A DNA stretch of 64,000 bases from Anaerolineae bacterium (GTDB lineage Bacteria; Chloroflexota; Anaerolineae; JAAEKA01). Below, piece after piece: positions 37,760 to 47,795 of this stretch. The stretch covers positions 64,278 to 128,277 of the forward strand of contig JBAQWV010000041.1 in assembly GCA_049299095.1 (NCBI GenBank), written 5' to 3'. Each line of letters starts with the position of its first letter. Position 1 is the first letter of the stretch. The notes under the pieces were generated by a model. It had not been told where the DNA came from and searched no databases. It saw only the letters and a list, made by a program, of their open reading frames with translations. A program made the position numbers and the translations under genes.

Positions 37760-39469
37760 ATGGATTTACGTCAGTACGCTCGGACACTCTGGAAGTGGCT
37801 TTGGCTGGTGCTGTTGGGCGCAGCTTTGGCTGGTGGTATCACCTACATCGTCAGCAAGCGCAGCACTCCCATCTACCGCGCATCGTCACAGTTGTTGATC
37901 CAGCAAGCCAGCAGCGTTGCCGGCCTGCAATGGACCGAAGTCTTGACCAGTGAGCGTCTGGCAGCGAACTATGCCCGCTTGCTTACCACGCGTCCAGTAC
38001 TGAATGAAGTGGCCACCAACCTGCGCCTGCCGGAGGTTGCATCCAACATCATCGTAGACCCTGTACGCGAAACGCAAATCATCGTCTTGCACGTAGAAGA
38101 CCCCAACCCCGCGCTGGCAACGGCCATCGCCAACGACCTGCCCGCAGTTTTTATTGCCCAAAACGAAAAGCAGCAGCAGCAACGCATCAACAGCACGCTG
38201 GAAGTGTACGAAAGCCAGATTGACAGCGTGCAGGCAGATATTGAACAGGCGCAAACGCAGCTTCAAGCCTTCACTGCGCTGGAACTGGATGGCGAAGAGT
38301 TGACGTTGGATCAAGCGTCGGAGCGCGCGCGGTTGGAATCCAGCCTGGCGCAATATCGCAGTTCGCTGGCGGAACTATTGCGCAACCGTGATGATGTCAG
38401 GCGCGCTGAAGCCAATCGCGGCGACACCATCACCGTAGTCGAACCCGCCATTGAGCCGACCCATCCTGTGCGCCCGCGCACGCTGGTGAACACCTTAATC
38501 GCCGCGGCACTCGGTGCGCTGCTGATGGGCGCGCTGGCTTTTCTGATCGAGTATCTCGATGACACCGTCAAGCTGCCAGACGAAGCGGCCCGCGTCACAG
38601 GGCTGCCCGCGCTCGGCTCGCTGGTGCAGTACCGCAACAGCGACAAGGAACGCAAGCTGATTGCAGCAGACAGTCCGATGTCGCCGTTTACCGAGGCATA
38701 CCGCACCTTACGCACCAATATCCAATTTTCCAGCCTGGACAAGCCGCTGCAAAAGTTGATGGTCACCAGCGCCAGCCCCGGCGAAGGCAAAAGCACCACG
38801 GCTGCCAATCTCGCGGTGGTAATGGCACAGGGCGGCAAGCGGACTATTTTGATTGATACAGACCTGCGCAAACCGGTTTTGCATCAGGTTTTTGGCTTGC
38901 CCAATGCCGTAGGCGTGACCAATGCACTGCTACTGGCACAGAACAGCGACTTGGGCGGCCTGCTGCAAGCCACCTCGATTGAAAATTTATGGCTGTTGAG
39001 CAGCGGCCCGCAACCCCCCAATCCCTCCGAACTGCTTGGTTCGCACCGCATGAGCGAGCTAATCGAGGAACTGATGCAGTACGGCGATATGCTGGTCTTC
39101 GACAGCCCGCCAACCCTGGCCGTGACAGACGCAGCAGTGCTGGCGCGACAGATGGACGGCGTGCTGCTGGTGATCGAATCGGCCAAAACGCGCGAAGTAG
39201 CCGCCAAACGCGCCGCGCAAGGCTTGCTCAAAGTCAACGCTAACGTGTTGGGCGTGGCGGTCAACCGCATTTCTTATCGGCTGGCCGGGTCGCATTACTA
39301 CTACTACGACTACTACGACAACAAAAACGATAACTCGGACGATAACCAAAGTCAGGGCCGCAAACGACGCTCACGCAAAGACCGTGGGGCAGAAACTGCT
39401 GCATCACCCGCAGGTACATTTGCAAGCAGTCAGTTGCGTCAATCTGGCCCTTCCTCGCGTGACGGCTAG
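37760..39469 (+). CDS. Wzz-domain chain-length determinant fused to BY-kinase (tyrosine autokinase) of an exopolysaccharide pathway
   Basis: N-terminal Wzz-like TM/coiled-coil; Walker A SASPGEGKSTTAANLA; C-terminal Tyr cluster YYYYDYYD. Confidence 0.85.
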   Translation: MDLRQYARTLWKWLWLVLLGAALAGGITYIVSKRSTPIYRASSQLLIQQASSVAGLQWTEVLTSERLAANYARLLTTRPVLNEVATNLRLPEVASNIIVDPVRETQIIVLHVEDPNPALATAIANDLPAVFIAQNEKQQQQRINSTLEVYESQIDSVQADIEQAQTQLQAFTALELDGEELTLDQASERARLESSLAQYRSSLAELLRNRDDVRRAEANRGDTITVVEPAIEPTHPVRPRTLVNTLIAAALGALLMGALAFLIEYLDDTVKLPDEAARVTGLPALGSLVQYRNSDKERKLIAADSPMSPFTEAYRTLRTNIQFSSLDKPLQKLMVTSASPGEGKSTTAANLAVVMAQGGKRTILIDTDLRKPVLHQVFGLPNAVGVTNALLLAQNSDLGGLLQATSIENLWLLSSGPQPPNPSELLGSHRMSELIEELMQYGDMLVFDSPPTLAVTDAAVLARQMDGVLLVIESAKTREVAAKRAAQGLLKVNANVLGVAVNRISYRLAGSHYYYYDYYDNKNDNSDDNQSQGRKRRSRKDRGAETAASPAGTFASSQLRQSGPSSRDG

Positions 39470-39475
39470 ACGAGT

Positions 39476-40594
39476 GTGCGCCAAGGTGATCTTATGATCG
39501 GCGAGCCTGGCCCCAGGCAGCCTTTTTCCCCTAGTGACAACGATCCAGTTGTCGCACCGCAGCCCCGTCCAACGCTGTTAACAAGCTGGCGGCTCTGGTT
39601 GGGGGTGTTATTAAGTGTTCTCTGCCTGGCTCTGGCTGCGCTCAATGTAGATTACCAGGAACTGTGGCAGACGCTGCGTTCAGCCAGCGGGTGGTGGGCC
39701 GGGCTGACCGCAGCATCGGTCCTGGTGACTGGCGTTGCCAAAGCCTGGCGCTGGCAGCTTTTGCTGGCCCCCTCGACCCCCTCCCCGCGCCTGCATCTGC
39801 CGCGCTTATCCAGCATCTGGCTGGCAGGAACCGGCGTCAACCTGGCCCTTCCTGTGCCGCGAGCAGGGGACTTGCTGCGAATTTATCTAACGGGCGAAGC
39901 CGGGCAGGTCAGCAAATCGTTGGTACTGGGCACCCTCGCGGCTGAAAAGCTGCTGGATGCGGTTTTTCTGGCACTGTGTTTTCTGGCCCTGCTGATTTTA
40001 ATGGCCCTGCCGCAAGAAGTTGCGCAACAGCAAGTTTCAACGATGGGTGTAGCGACGGCAATGGTCGCGGCCGCCGTACTCTTGCTCTGGCAGCGGGCGC
40101 GCGTGGTAAGCTGGACGGGCCGGATCGTGCGTTTTTTGCCGTTTGGTTCCAGAGTAACAGACAGTCTGGAGCGCGGTGTTGAAGGCTTGACCGCGCTGCG
40201 CCAGCCGAACCGCCTGCTGGGGCTGGTGCTCGTCACCGCCGCCATCTGGTTTCTGTCCGTTCTGACCAACTACTGGTGCTTTCTGGCGCTGCATATGCCC
40301 GCTTCCTGGGTGCAAAGCCTGTTTGTGTTTGTGGTGCTACAAGTTGGTGTCGCTCTGCCTTCGACACCAGGCAAGTTCGGTGTCTTTCCTTTGCTGTGCC
40401 GTTGGGCGCTTGGTGTTTTTGGTGTTGCCAGCGCGGCTGGACTGGCGTATGGTATCCTGCTTTACGGCCTTGCACCGGTGTTGCTGATGATCTGTGGCGC
40501 GTTGTGCCTTGTCATCGAGGGGTGGCGGTTAGGCAAGCTGCCGACACAGGTGGGCGCAGCGGCCGCGCGCGGCTCGGATGCCGGCGCGTTGTGA
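39476..40594 (+). CDS. flippase-like (LPG-synthase TM domain) membrane protein
   Basis: Polytopic; resembles the PF03706-like family commonly paired with GT2. Confidence 0.5.
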   Translation: MRQGDLMIGEPGPRQPFSPSDNDPVVAPQPRPTLLTSWRLWLGVLLSVLCLALAALNVDYQELWQTLRSASGWWAGLTAASVLVTGVAKAWRWQLLLAPSTPSPRLHLPRLSSIWLAGTGVNLALPVPRAGDLLRIYLTGEAGQVSKSLVLGTLAAEKLLDAVFLALCFLALLILMALPQEVAQQQVSTMGVATAMVAAAVLLLWQRARVVSWTGRIVRFLPFGSRVTDSLERGVEGLTALRQPNRLLGLVLVTAAIWFLSVLTNYWCFLALHMPASWVQSLFVFVVLQVGVALPSTPGKFGVFPLLCRWALGVFGVASAAGLAYGILLYGLAPVLLMICGALCLVIEGWRLGKLPTQVGAAAARGSDAGAL

Positions 40595-40596
40595 GT

Positions 40597-41646
40597 ATGA
40601 CGTTGAAGATTATGGCGGATGTGTTAGCTAAAATACCTCAAGAGACAACCGGGCGGCACTGCTCGGTAATTATTCCCGTCTACAACGGCGCGGCAGTCAT
40701 TACCCGCTGCCTTGATGCGCTCATCGGGCAGACTGTACCAGCCAACCAGTTCGAAGTTATTATCGTAGACGACGGCTCAACCGACCAAACTGTGGCGCAG
40801 GTGGAACGCTGGGCGGCTGAACATCGTTCTATGCTTGTACGCCTGGTGCGGCAGGATCATGCTGGTCCGGCTGCGGCCCGTAATCGTGGTGCGGCTCTGG
40901 CCGCAACGCCGCTCCTGCTCTTCACTGATGCCGACTGCCGCCCGACGCCCAACTGGATCGCGGCCTTGCTGGCTGGTTTTGCCCGCCCGGAGCGCCCCGA
41001 CGGCTTGATGGGCACATATCGCTCCGAGCAGCGCACGCTGGCTGCCCGCTTTGCTCAGATGGAGTTCGAAGATCGCTATCGTCTGATGCGACACAAGCCG
41101 GAGTTGGATTTGGTGGCGACGTATTCAGCCGCGTTTCGCCGCGATGTGTTTGTGCAGACAGGCGGCTTTGATCCCGGCTTTCCTGAAGCCAACAATGAAG
41201 ATGTCGAATTTTCCTACCGCTTGAGTGAGCAAGGCTATCGGATGTACTTTGTGCCAGATGCACAAGTCATTCATCCCCATGCGCCAAGCTGGCTGGGCTA
41301 CGCCCGCACCAAGATGGGCCGCGGTTACTGGCGAATGCTGGTCTATCGTCGCTATCCGAGCAAGGCGCTCAAGGATACCTATACGCCCCAGGTGCTGAAG
41401 CTGCAAATTCTGCTGGCTCCGCTAATGCTGTTAGGCGTGGTGCTGGCACTGCTGCGGCGTCGGCCTGATCCCCTGCTGCTGGCTACGCCCTTTTTGGCGA
41501 CTGCTGTACCTTTTACCGCTTTTGTTGCTTCGCGCGACCCCGTGGTGGCCGCGGTTTCCCCTTACGGGCTTTGGCTGCGCTCGATGGCTTTCGGCATTGG
41601 TATTGCCAAGGGCCTCCTGGCCGGTTGGCGCCAGAGACAGGATTGA
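40597..41646 (+). CDS. family 2 glycosyltransferase with C-terminal TM helices
   Basis: CSVIIPVYNGAAVITRCLDAL...VIIVDDGSTD DxD region; start ATG at 40597, in frame within ORF 40276..41646. Confidence 0.8.
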   Translation: MTLKIMADVLAKIPQETTGRHCSVIIPVYNGAAVITRCLDALIGQTVPANQFEVIIVDDGSTDQTVAQVERWAAEHRSMLVRLVRQDHAGPAAARNRGAALAATPLLLFTDADCRPTPNWIAALLAGFARPERPDGLMGTYRSEQRTLAARFAQMEFEDRYRLMRHKPELDLVATYSAAFRRDVFVQTGGFDPGFPEANNEDVEFSYRLSEQGYRMYFVPDAQVIHPHAPSWLGYARTKMGRGYWRMLVYRRYPSKALKDTYTPQVLKLQILLAPLMLLGVVLALLRRRPDPLLLATPFLATAVPFTAFVASRDPVVAAVSPYGLWLRSMAFGIGIAKGLLAGWRQRQD

Positions 41647-43035
41647 ATGTGTTTTATGAAAAGGATTTTTGATTGGCGGTGGCAGATTGGCATGTGTATA
41701 GGGACTATATTGCTGGCTGCGTGCAGTCAGCCCATAGACCGGCAGGCTCTTTTATTAACTTCGCCCTCTGATTCTTCTCCCCATTTAGTCACTCATGCTG
41801 AAGACAGTGCGCCGGCTGAATCTATCGAACCTACCGTGGTCTTGGTTGAGCCTGAATTGCCTGTTGTAGCACCGGAGACAAGTGTTCCCGCAACCGAGTC
41901 AACAGCAACGCCCTTAGCCGCTCCTGTTACACCGGAAGCAACCGCGGAGCCAGCAGCGCGGCTTACACCGACCGTGGTAGCCATGCGCACGCTGGAGCCG
42001 CTGGTGCCCACGGTGGTAGCTGTGCCGCAGCCTGACCCAATTGCTACCTTACCGACCGACCAAGGCGCAGCGACCAACGAGAACGCTATGGTTGCTGCCT
42101 TGCCGCGCCACGCGCGCAGCCGCGTGGGTGTGGGGGTGCCGCTCTATGTAACGAAGTTTGAGTTCGACGCCAGCCTGGCGAAGCAGCTCGGTATGGGGTG
42201 GTATCTCGATTGGAATATTGATGCAACCCCGGTACAGCTGGATGGGCTGAAGTACGCCCAGCTTTATTCCATGCGCGGCGGCAATATCCCGCTCAAGCTG
42301 GATATGATCGCTGACATCGCCGCGGCCAACCCGGGAGCGTTGTGGCTGGCTGGCAACGAGCCGGACGTGGTCTGGCAGGACAACCAGACGCCGGAACACT
42401 ACGCGGCGCTATACCATGAGTTTTACACCGCGGTCAAGGCTGCCGATCCTACCGCGCAAGTAGCAATTGCCGGTGTCTCACAGGTAACACCGCTACGGCT
42501 GCAATATCTGGAAGCGATCATGGCAGCCTACGAACAAGCCTACGGCGAGCCGTTGCCAGTAGATGTATGGAATGTTCATACGTTTATTCTGCGCGAAGAA
42601 CGCGGCTCGTGGGGCGTCGGTATTCCGCCCGGCTTTGACGCCGTAGATCAGGGCATTTTGTGGGAAATCACCGATCACGACAATCTGGAGCTATTCCGTC
42701 AACAGATCATTGACTTTCGTCGCTGGATGGCAAAGCACGGCCAGCGTGACAAGCCCTTGATCGTGACCGAATTCGGGATTTTGATGCCCGCGGAGTACGG
42801 ATTTCCCCCGGAACAGGTAGCCGCGTTTATGACTGCTACCTTCGATTATCTGCTTACTGCCACCGATGATCAAATCGGCTACGAGGCTGATGCCAACCGA
42901 TTGGTACAGCGTCTGTTGTGGTACAGCTTGAGCGACAGCGTGTACCCCACCGGCAATCTGGCAGATTTACAGACCGGTGAACTAACAAGCTTGGGCGAGG
43001 TCTTTGCGGCTTACACCACCAAGTTGGAAGATTAA
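41647..43035 (+). CDS. secreted/lipoprotein glycoside hydrolase (GH5-like catalytic-core fold, PF11790-like)
   Basis: Lipobox-like LLAAC; Pro/Thr/Ala linker; WLAGNEPD (acid/base) and IVTEFG (nucleophile) motifs. Confidence 0.6.
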   Translation: MCFMKRIFDWRWQIGMCIGTILLAACSQPIDRQALLLTSPSDSSPHLVTHAEDSAPAESIEPTVVLVEPELPVVAPETSVPATESTATPLAAPVTPEATAEPAARLTPTVVAMRTLEPLVPTVVAVPQPDPIATLPTDQGAATNENAMVAALPRHARSRVGVGVPLYVTKFEFDASLAKQLGMGWYLDWNIDATPVQLDGLKYAQLYSMRGGNIPLKLDMIADIAAANPGALWLAGNEPDVVWQDNQTPEHYAALYHEFYTAVKAADPTAQVAIAGVSQVTPLRLQYLEAIMAAYEQAYGEPLPVDVWNVHTFILREERGSWGVGIPPGFDAVDQGILWEITDHDNLELFRQQIIDFRRWMAKHGQRDKPLIVTEFGILMPAEYGFPPEQVAAFMTATFDYLLTATDDQIGYEADANRLVQRLLWYSLSDSVYPTGNLADLQTGELTSLGEVFAAYTTKLED

Positions 43036-43089
43036 TCGTAAGCTAAACCAGAAGATCGCATGTGATGGAATGATAACAGGAGATATCTT

Positions 43090-45396
43090 ATGAAACGCCT
43101 GCTTAATCTAGCCTTGTTGACAACCTTGCTGGCATCGCTTTTCCTGCTGCCGACTTCTGTTGTCCAGGCTGATACGGATGTTCCGCCGCCAACCAACTGC
43201 TTGTATCCCTCAGCCGCAGATCGCTTTGGCATAACGGTGTACTCCTCCGATGAAATCACCCGCTACAACGTGACTCCATTGTCAGCCGGACGCTATCTGA
43301 ATTGGCGCGCCGATCTGACGCCTCCCCGCCCGAACGCCATACCGTATTATTTCATGGTACGTGTGGGGGAAAACTCATTTTTTCCCAATGTGGATACTTT
43401 GAAATCCGTTGCTTTCAACAATCCCGGCTCTACCTGGATCGTAGGGAATGAAGCGGATGTGATCTGGCAGGATAACACCACGCCCGCAGCTTATGCGCGT
43501 GTCTATCACACGGTCTATAACGCGATTAAGTCAATTGATCCCACAGCCAAGTTTGTCATAAGCGGTGTTGTTCAGGTTTCACCGTTGCGTTTACATTGGC
43601 TTGATTTGGTGTGGGATAGCTATTATTCCATGTACGGTACGGAGATTCCTGTTGATATCTGGAATATCCATACTTATATAGCAAATGAGATGCATCAGGA
43701 ATGGGGATTTGAAATTCCCCCAGGCATTCCTAATGCTGTTGGATATTCCAATCATCCGGGTACCGATTGGAGCGAAGTAGCAATCACCGGAGCCAGTGGT
43801 GGCACCATTCATCAAAGTCGCATTCCCGGGGCAAAAGCGACATTTGCGTTTCATGGAGCAGACGTGACTTTGTATCTGTGGACAGGGCCTGACGCAGGTA
43901 TTGCAGAAATTTATGTTGATCAAGTGGCAGCGCCAGTGGCCGAAGTAGACCTGTACTCCCAGACGCCAGCCTCAATTGAGTATACCCTCACCGGTTTGGT
44001 CGCTCCAGGCGGTATTCTGACGGACAGACACAATATTCGCGTGCAGGTTACAGGACGTCGCAACAGCGCAGCAACCGATACATGGATCAAGGTGGATGCT
44101 GTTGCCGCACCTTCAACGGCCAGCCTGCCTGGGGGGCGTTTTGAGGATAACAGCCCGCTGCGGGCGCGTATCATTACCTCGATTGATGCTCACGATAACC
44201 TGGAAGTGATCGCCCAGCAAATTCTCGATTTTCGCCAGTGGATGCTGGAGCATGGTCAGCGCAACAAGCCGCTTATCAACACAGAGCACGGCATCCTGAT
44301 GACCGAAGACCTCGGCTTTGACTATACGCGCGTTCGCACCTTCATGCTCAACAGCTTTAATCTTTTCCTCAACCAACTCGTGGATACCAACCTCGGCTAT
44401 CCCGCGGACGATAACCGTCTGTTGCAGGAATGGTTCTGGTTTGCTCTGGCCGTGGACGATTTTGAAGGTCGCACCACAGCAACCGGATTATTCAGCGAAG
44501 CGACGCGCACCATCAAGCCACTCGGCACAGACTTTAGTAATTATGTCAGCGCGTTGGCCCAGAATTACACCGATCTGGAAGTCTATGCGGGCCAGGCCAC
44601 GCCCTACTGGCCGATTTTTGCCGGCCAGTCCAGCTTATTGCATATCGAAGCGTTGCTGCGCAATCGTGGTACTATAGCCAGTGGGCCTTTCAATGTGAAT
44701 TTCCGCGCCGGCAACGGCACTTTGTTGCAAGCCCTGCCGAATCCTGGCTTGCCCAAACGCTTCGATCCTGGGTACATCGTTCCGGTCAGTTACGACTGGG
44801 TCGTACCGATGACCGCCGGACGCGGCATCAAGATCATTGCCGACGAAGAAAACGTTGTGCCGGAGCCATGCAACCCCAACAACGAATATTACCTATCGAT
44901 TCCTTTCCAGTCAGGAACCGATCTGGCGCTAGTCAATCTGCGTACCAATCCTGCCCCGCTGTCCCCAATTCGTCCAGACACCACCACCACGATCCGCTTG
45001 CAAGTTGACTTGCGCAACCTCGGCGGCGTCGGCACCTCTGCCTCACAAGTGCAGGTCAAGTTTTGGCACGGTAACCCCGATGCTGGCGGTCAGCTCATCG
45101 GCACACAAACCTTCACCCCGGCCAATACCACCCTGCCCGTTACCGTCACGCTGGACTGGCCCGATCGTGGTGTCGGACAGTACGAAATTTACGCGCGTGT
45201 GGACACTGTCGCGGGCGACACCAACTTGCAAAACAACACACAGCACCTGACTGTGCTACAATCCGCTACACTATTCAGTTTCCCAATCACAAAATATAAT
45301 TTCCGTGAGAGCAGTGCCAACGCGGGTTCGTATGCCGAAAACTCTTTGTGGGCCGAACCGCGCGCTGCCTTCCCACTGCCCCAACCGGAGCAATAA
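43090..45396 (+). CDS. secreted glycoside hydrolase paralog (PF11790-like core) with inserted and C-terminal beta-sandwich (CARDB-like) domains
   Basis: Signal peptide; WIVGNEAD and INTEHG motifs homologous to the upstream gene; about 300 aa of extra C-terminal domains; visibly lower GC. Confidence 0.6.
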   Translation: MKRLLNLALLTTLLASLFLLPTSVVQADTDVPPPTNCLYPSAADRFGITVYSSDEITRYNVTPLSAGRYLNWRADLTPPRPNAIPYYFMVRVGENSFFPNVDTLKSVAFNNPGSTWIVGNEADVIWQDNTTPAAYARVYHTVYNAIKSIDPTAKFVISGVVQVSPLRLHWLDLVWDSYYSMYGTEIPVDIWNIHTYIANEMHQEWGFEIPPGIPNAVGYSNHPGTDWSEVAITGASGGTIHQSRIPGAKATFAFHGADVTLYLWTGPDAGIAEIYVDQVAAPVAEVDLYSQTPASIEYTLTGLVAPGGILTDRHNIRVQVTGRRNSAATDTWIKVDAVAAPSTASLPGGRFEDNSPLRARIITSIDAHDNLEVIAQQILDFRQWMLEHGQRNKPLINTEHGILMTEDLGFDYTRVRTFMLNSFNLFLNQLVDTNLGYPADDNRLLQEWFWFALAVDDFEGRTTATGLFSEATRTIKPLGTDFSNYVSALAQNYTDLEVYAGQATPYWPIFAGQSSLLHIEALLRNRGTIASGPFNVNFRAGNGTLLQALPNPGLPKRFDPGYIVPVSYDWVVPMTAGRGIKIIADEENVVPEPCNPNNEYYLSIPFQSGTDLALVNLRTNPAPLSPIRPDTTTTIRLQVDLRNLGGVGTSASQVQVKFWHGNPDAGGQLIGTQTFTPANTTLPVTVTLDWPDRGVGQYEIYARVDTVAGDTNLQNNTQHLTVLQSATLFSFPITKYNFRESSANAGSYAENSLWAEPRAAFPLPQPEQ

Positions 45397-45399
45397 CCT

Positions 45400-46227
45400 A
45401 TGCCTAATCAATCATCATCACCGCAACGCAGTTCTGCTGCGCGCCTTATCAGCTTTGTCTTCGTCGGCATTCTGATTCTGGGTTTTCTAGCCGCACTACC
45501 CGCCGCATGGGCGCTGCCCGCTCAAATCCCTGATTCGCAGACCGTGCCAACATTGACCCCGACGCGCCCCAGCGGCGGCGGCTCACAGCCCACCGCCACA
45601 TCACCTTCCGGCGGCGGTTCGCCCACGAACACCCCCCAACCCGGCGCCACGGCAACCCCCGTGCCGCCCCCCGGCGCCACAGCGACCGCCACACCGCCCC
45701 CCGGCTCCACAGCAACACCGACGCCAACGGCCACCGTCACACCGACTGCGACACCAACGCTGGTGCCCGCGCCGATTCAGCCCGCGTCGCAGTCGTGCTG
45801 GACAATTCCGACCCCCGGCTTCCAGCCAGAGCAGGCGTTGAGCGCGTCTTGGACCGCCGAAAGCGATCAGTACCTGGTGATGCCGGGTCAAACGATTACC
45901 CTGCGTCTGATTGTCAAAAACACCGGCACGAACCAGCTTGCCAACCTGACCGTCTGTAATCCGATCATGACGGGGCTGGTGGTAGGCAAGCCAACAAGCA
46001 CGCAGGGTCGTGTCTGGGTCGAACAGCCCGGCATTGTCGCCCAATTAGGCAACCTGGCAGCTGGCAGCACTGCGCGCATTGACGTTAAGTTGTCCATTCC
46101 TGCCACGCAGCCGCTGGGCGGCGTCATCGAGAATCAAGGCTGGCTGTTCAGCGGCAACCAACGTTCCAGCACCAACCTGCTGACTTGGGCCTTGCCGCCC
46201 GCCTACTTGCCGAAAACAGGGCAGTGA
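45400..46227 (+). CDS. DUF11-like surface protein with N-terminal TM, Pro/Thr-rich linker and LPKTG motif at the extreme C-terminus
   Basis: Ends ...AYLPKTGQ* followed by a TGATAA double stop; no hydrophobic/basic tail after LPXTG. Confidence 0.6.
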   Translation: MPNQSSSPQRSSAARLISFVFVGILILGFLAALPAAWALPAQIPDSQTVPTLTPTRPSGGGSQPTATSPSGGGSPTNTPQPGATATPVPPPGATATATPPPGSTATPTPTATVTPTATPTLVPAPIQPASQSCWTIPTPGFQPEQALSASWTAESDQYLVMPGQTITLRLIVKNTGTNQLANLTVCNPIMTGLVVGKPTSTQGRVWVEQPGIVAQLGNLAAGSTARIDVKLSIPATQPLGGVIENQGWLFSGNQRSSTNLLTWALPPAYLPKTGQ

Positions 46228-46247
46228 TAATCTGTCGGTCAAGACCG

Positions 46248-47735
46248 ATGCACCGTTTTTCGTATCTTGAAAGGCTGCCAATACTGGTCTTCGGACTGGC
46301 ATTGGCAGCCTATGGTTTAACCGCTCCTGCCGGTTTGACATGGGCCAACGCCAGCGCGGACGGTGGCGACCTCGCCACTGCCGCACTAGTACGCGGTGTT
46401 CCCCATCCCACTGGCTACCCCACCTGGACACTGCTGGCAATTCTGTGCAGCAAGCTGCCCTTCGGCGCGCCCATCTGGCGCATCACCCTGCTGTCCATGC
46501 TCAGCGGCGCGGCCGCGGCGGCATTAGTGACAGCCACCGTGCCGCGGTTGCTGGGTTCCCGCAACTTGGCAACTACCATGGCCGCGGCGCTGGCCGGCCT
46601 GACCCTCGCTCTGTCACCACTGCTGTGGGGACAAGCCATTGTCATCGAAGTCTACACGCTGCACGCCGCGCTGGCCGCGGCCATTCTTTGGGCATTAGTG
46701 CGCTGGCAGTCGGCCCCACAGCGGCGGTGGGCCGCCCTGACAGGCGCGTTGTTCGGCGTCGGCCTCGGCAATCACCTAACCCTGATCTGGCTGCTGCCCG
46801 CCGCGCTCGCCGTAGCCTGGCCCCACCGCCGTACCTGGCCGGTCTTTTTGGCTGCGCTGCTGGCCGGGCTGACGGTCTACATCTATTTGCCCCTCGCATC
46901 CGCGGGCAATCCGCCAGTCAATTGGGGCCAGCCGCACACCCTGAACGGCTTCTGGTGGCTCGTATCGGGCCAGTTGTACCACGGCTACGCCTTCGCCGTT
47001 CCGTGGCCGACTGTGCCCGCCCGCGTGGCCGCGTGGACGCGCGAGCTGTGGCGCGACTTCATGCCCTGGGGCGTGATCGCGGCCCTGGCCGGTTTTGGCT
47101 TGCTGTACGCGCGCCAGCGCGCCCTGACACTCGGCATGGCGTTCAGTTTGCTGCTCAGCCTGCTTTGGGCAATCGGCTACAACACCAGCGATTCGCTGCT
47201 ATTTGCCCTGCCCGGCTGGGTTATCATCGCGCTCTGGCTGGGAGTGGGCCTGGCTGCGGCGCTGAACTGGCTGGCCGCGCGTTGGCCGCATCGTCTGGGA
47301 CTGGTCGTGCTGTTGACTGCTGCGCTGGTGCTGGCTCCGGCTGCCCTCCGTTGGCCAAACCTCAACCTGCGCCACGACCAGAATGCAGAACAGTTTTACC
47401 AGCAAGTGCTAGCCGCCCTGGAGCCGGACGCCGTAGTGCTGACCGCGGGTGACCGCGCCACCTTTGCGTTGTGGTATGCACGCTACGGCCTGCGGTTGCG
47501 TCCCGATGTTGCACCAGTCAGCCATGCACTGTGGGCGCTGCCCAGCTATCGCGCCACAGTCATCGCCCAGCACCCCGCGCTGTCCAGCCTGGCCGCCGCG
47601 GATTGGCCCCAATTTACCCAGCCGCTGTATTGGGCGGAAACAGGCGCAGCCCCCCCCGCTCTGCCCGGCCTGACGCCTGTACAGACCGCATCTGGCGATG
47701 GTTGGATCGTGTGGCGCTTGCTCCCCACCGATTGA
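46248..47735 (+). CDS. DUF2723/TMEM260-like polytopic membrane protein (putative GT-C glycosyltransferase)
   Basis: VPHPTGYPT motif after TM1; more than 10 TM helices; start placed at the Met preceding TM1 (the ORF is open from 46185). Confidence 0.55.
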   Translation: MHRFSYLERLPILVFGLALAAYGLTAPAGLTWANASADGGDLATAALVRGVPHPTGYPTWTLLAILCSKLPFGAPIWRITLLSMLSGAAAAALVTATVPRLLGSRNLATTMAAALAGLTLALSPLLWGQAIVIEVYTLHAALAAAILWALVRWQSAPQRRWAALTGALFGVGLGNHLTLIWLLPAALAVAWPHRRTWPVFLAALLAGLTVYIYLPLASAGNPPVNWGQPHTLNGFWWLVSGQLYHGYAFAVPWPTVPARVAAWTRELWRDFMPWGVIAALAGFGLLYARQRALTLGMAFSLLLSLLWAIGYNTSDSLLFALPGWVIIALWLGVGLAAALNWLAARWPHRLGLVVLLTAALVLAPAALRWPNLNLRHDQNAEQFYQQVLAALEPDAVVLTAGDRATFALWYARYGLRLRPDVAPVSHALWALPSYRATVIAQHPALSSLAAADWPQFTQPLYWAETGAAPPALPGLTPVQTASGDGWIVWRLLPTD

Positions 47736-47795
47736 TGTCTGTGCGGGCCATTCTGGCGCTTGCCAGAATGTTTACCCTGTGGTAGGTTACACGTT

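Noticed and set aside
39476-41646. ORF 40276..41646 (456 aa) read as one long protein
   Set aside because: Its 5' part overlaps the flippase-like gene in another frame. The GT2 N-terminus (MTLKIM...CSVIIPVYNG) begins at 40597, immediately after the upstream stop.
46340-47452. 370-aa ORF in an alternative frame
   Set aside because: Same strand but a different frame from the DUF2723 membrane-protein gene, whose frame gives a coherent polytopic profile; Arg/Pro/Ala-rich GC-bias artefact.
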